The notes below the pieces were generated by a model, which had not been told where the DNA came from, searched no databases, and saw nothing but the letters and a program-made list of their open reading frames with translations. From Antedon mediterranea (lineage: Eukaryota > Animalia > Echinodermata): 64,000 nt of DNA. The stretch lies in NCBI RefSeq assembly GCF_964355755.1, contig NC_092680.1, positions 20,221,045-20,285,044 of the forward strand, read 5' to 3'. Of this stretch, positions 62,912 through 64,000 are shown in pieces. The position numbers were made by a program, and so were the translations under genes. The stretch's first letter is position 1, and each line of letters opens with the position of its first letter.

Positions 62912-63821
62912 GTATAAGTAACTAATGTTGGTATCATTAAAAAAAATGGTGATTGAAAAAGATCTCTTGTGGTTCACGGCTTCGAAAAGTTAGTTTATGT
63001 TACTTACTGTTTAAAAAAAATAAAAGGTTGTGTTCAAAACTTCAAGTAAACCAATCTGTTTCAATAATGAAAATGCTGTGGGTATCAGTGGCTGGATCTC
63101 AATGGAGATACAAAATAAAATAAGCAAAAAGCTAAATCAAAACGATAAAGTAAAACAGTCAGAAAAATTAGCAGATATTGATAAATAGATGTGTAATCTT
63201 GGACTCAAAAAACTTGTTTATATTCTTGTACAGTATTTGTATTTGTTTGTTTTTTAGTGTGTTTTTGATGTGTAGTGTACAGAACATTTCTGATATTTTA
63301 TATTGGACAAATAAAGAAGCAGCACATTCACGTTTACGTTCATAGTAGTATATGACATGTCGTAATTTTAAAATTTTTACAATTAATAAACATAACTCAA
63401 CTCAATAACATTTAGACCTACAGTTCACTCATTTAACACCCCCCCCCCCCCCCCGCCATTTTATTAATTTTAAAAAAACAACCCTACATTCAATATTTAT
63501 TTACATATCAATAATCGCCTTTTGTTTCCTTCATATCAATGGTATTATTATCATCATTAAGTTTAATAGTACAATATTCAATGTGTTCAGTATAATAAAT
63601 ATCAACTGTTATATGCCTGCTCATTTATTTTTGTTTGAAGATACTTAAAGACATATTTTATGATTTCATTTTATGCACATTGCATAAACAAAACAAAATA
63701 CAAGATGCATCATTAGATTGTCAGTCTTAAATGATGCCCTTACAGTTTTTTTGTTTGTATGCAGACGATACCATTTATGTTGTGGACAGTACAGTAGTTT
63801 GTTTTGTTTTCAAAATAACGT

Positions 63822-64000
63822 GTTAAAGATGAAATGAAGATTAATTAAATCAGGTTTTGAATTGGTTATTTTGTAGTATTAATAAAGTTAATCTATTCCA
63901 AAAAAAAAAAAAAATAATAATAATAATTTTCTCATATAAAAATGACAAAATAAATGGTCAAATTCAACCAAAAATCCATTGGCTGGCAGTCATTTGACTA
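63822..64000. mobile_element. Kolobok-like family copy, running off the window end
   Basis: ttaaagatg..aaatgaagattaatt...tgacaaaataaatggt...ccattggctggcag is the reverse complement of part of 34151-34499. Confidence 0.75.

Overview
AT-rich, intron-rich animal genomic DNA, probably a marine invertebrate (the taxon is an inference); nothing in it looks prokaryotic. There are two host genes in convergent orientation. (1) A MYT1/MYT1L/ST18-family CCHHC zinc-finger transcription factor on + (18 coding exons reconstructed by hand, 11402-46276, 1289 aa, six fingers), with a probable alternative first coding exon at 19712-19738. (2) A PCMTD1/2-like gene on - (5 coding exons, 56449-52830, 666 aa) with a greatly expanded linker inside its split SOCS box. 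The window opens with the 3' part of a defective DIRS1-type tyrosine-recombinase retrotransposon (gag, RT, Dam-like methyltransferase, YR, ICR and right ITR; RNase H cleanly deleted) inserted into a MITE. The most unusual structures are: a 4.18-kb Academ-like element in a MYT1 intron whose ~1.6-1.8 kb arms, including transposase coding sequence, form a giant inverted repeat; a 5S rRNA-like unit directly abutting a tRNA-type SINE (candidate composite 5S-tRNA SINE); a solitary DIRS left-terminus relic matching the ICR; and a 55-bp hAT-like mini-element with an 8-bp TSD. About 16 copies of a ~150-bp Harbinger/Tourist-like MITE and several other non-autonomous DNA transposons and minisatellites fill the non-coding DNA. 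All calls come from reading the sequence by eye and from remembered family motifs; no database searches were run.
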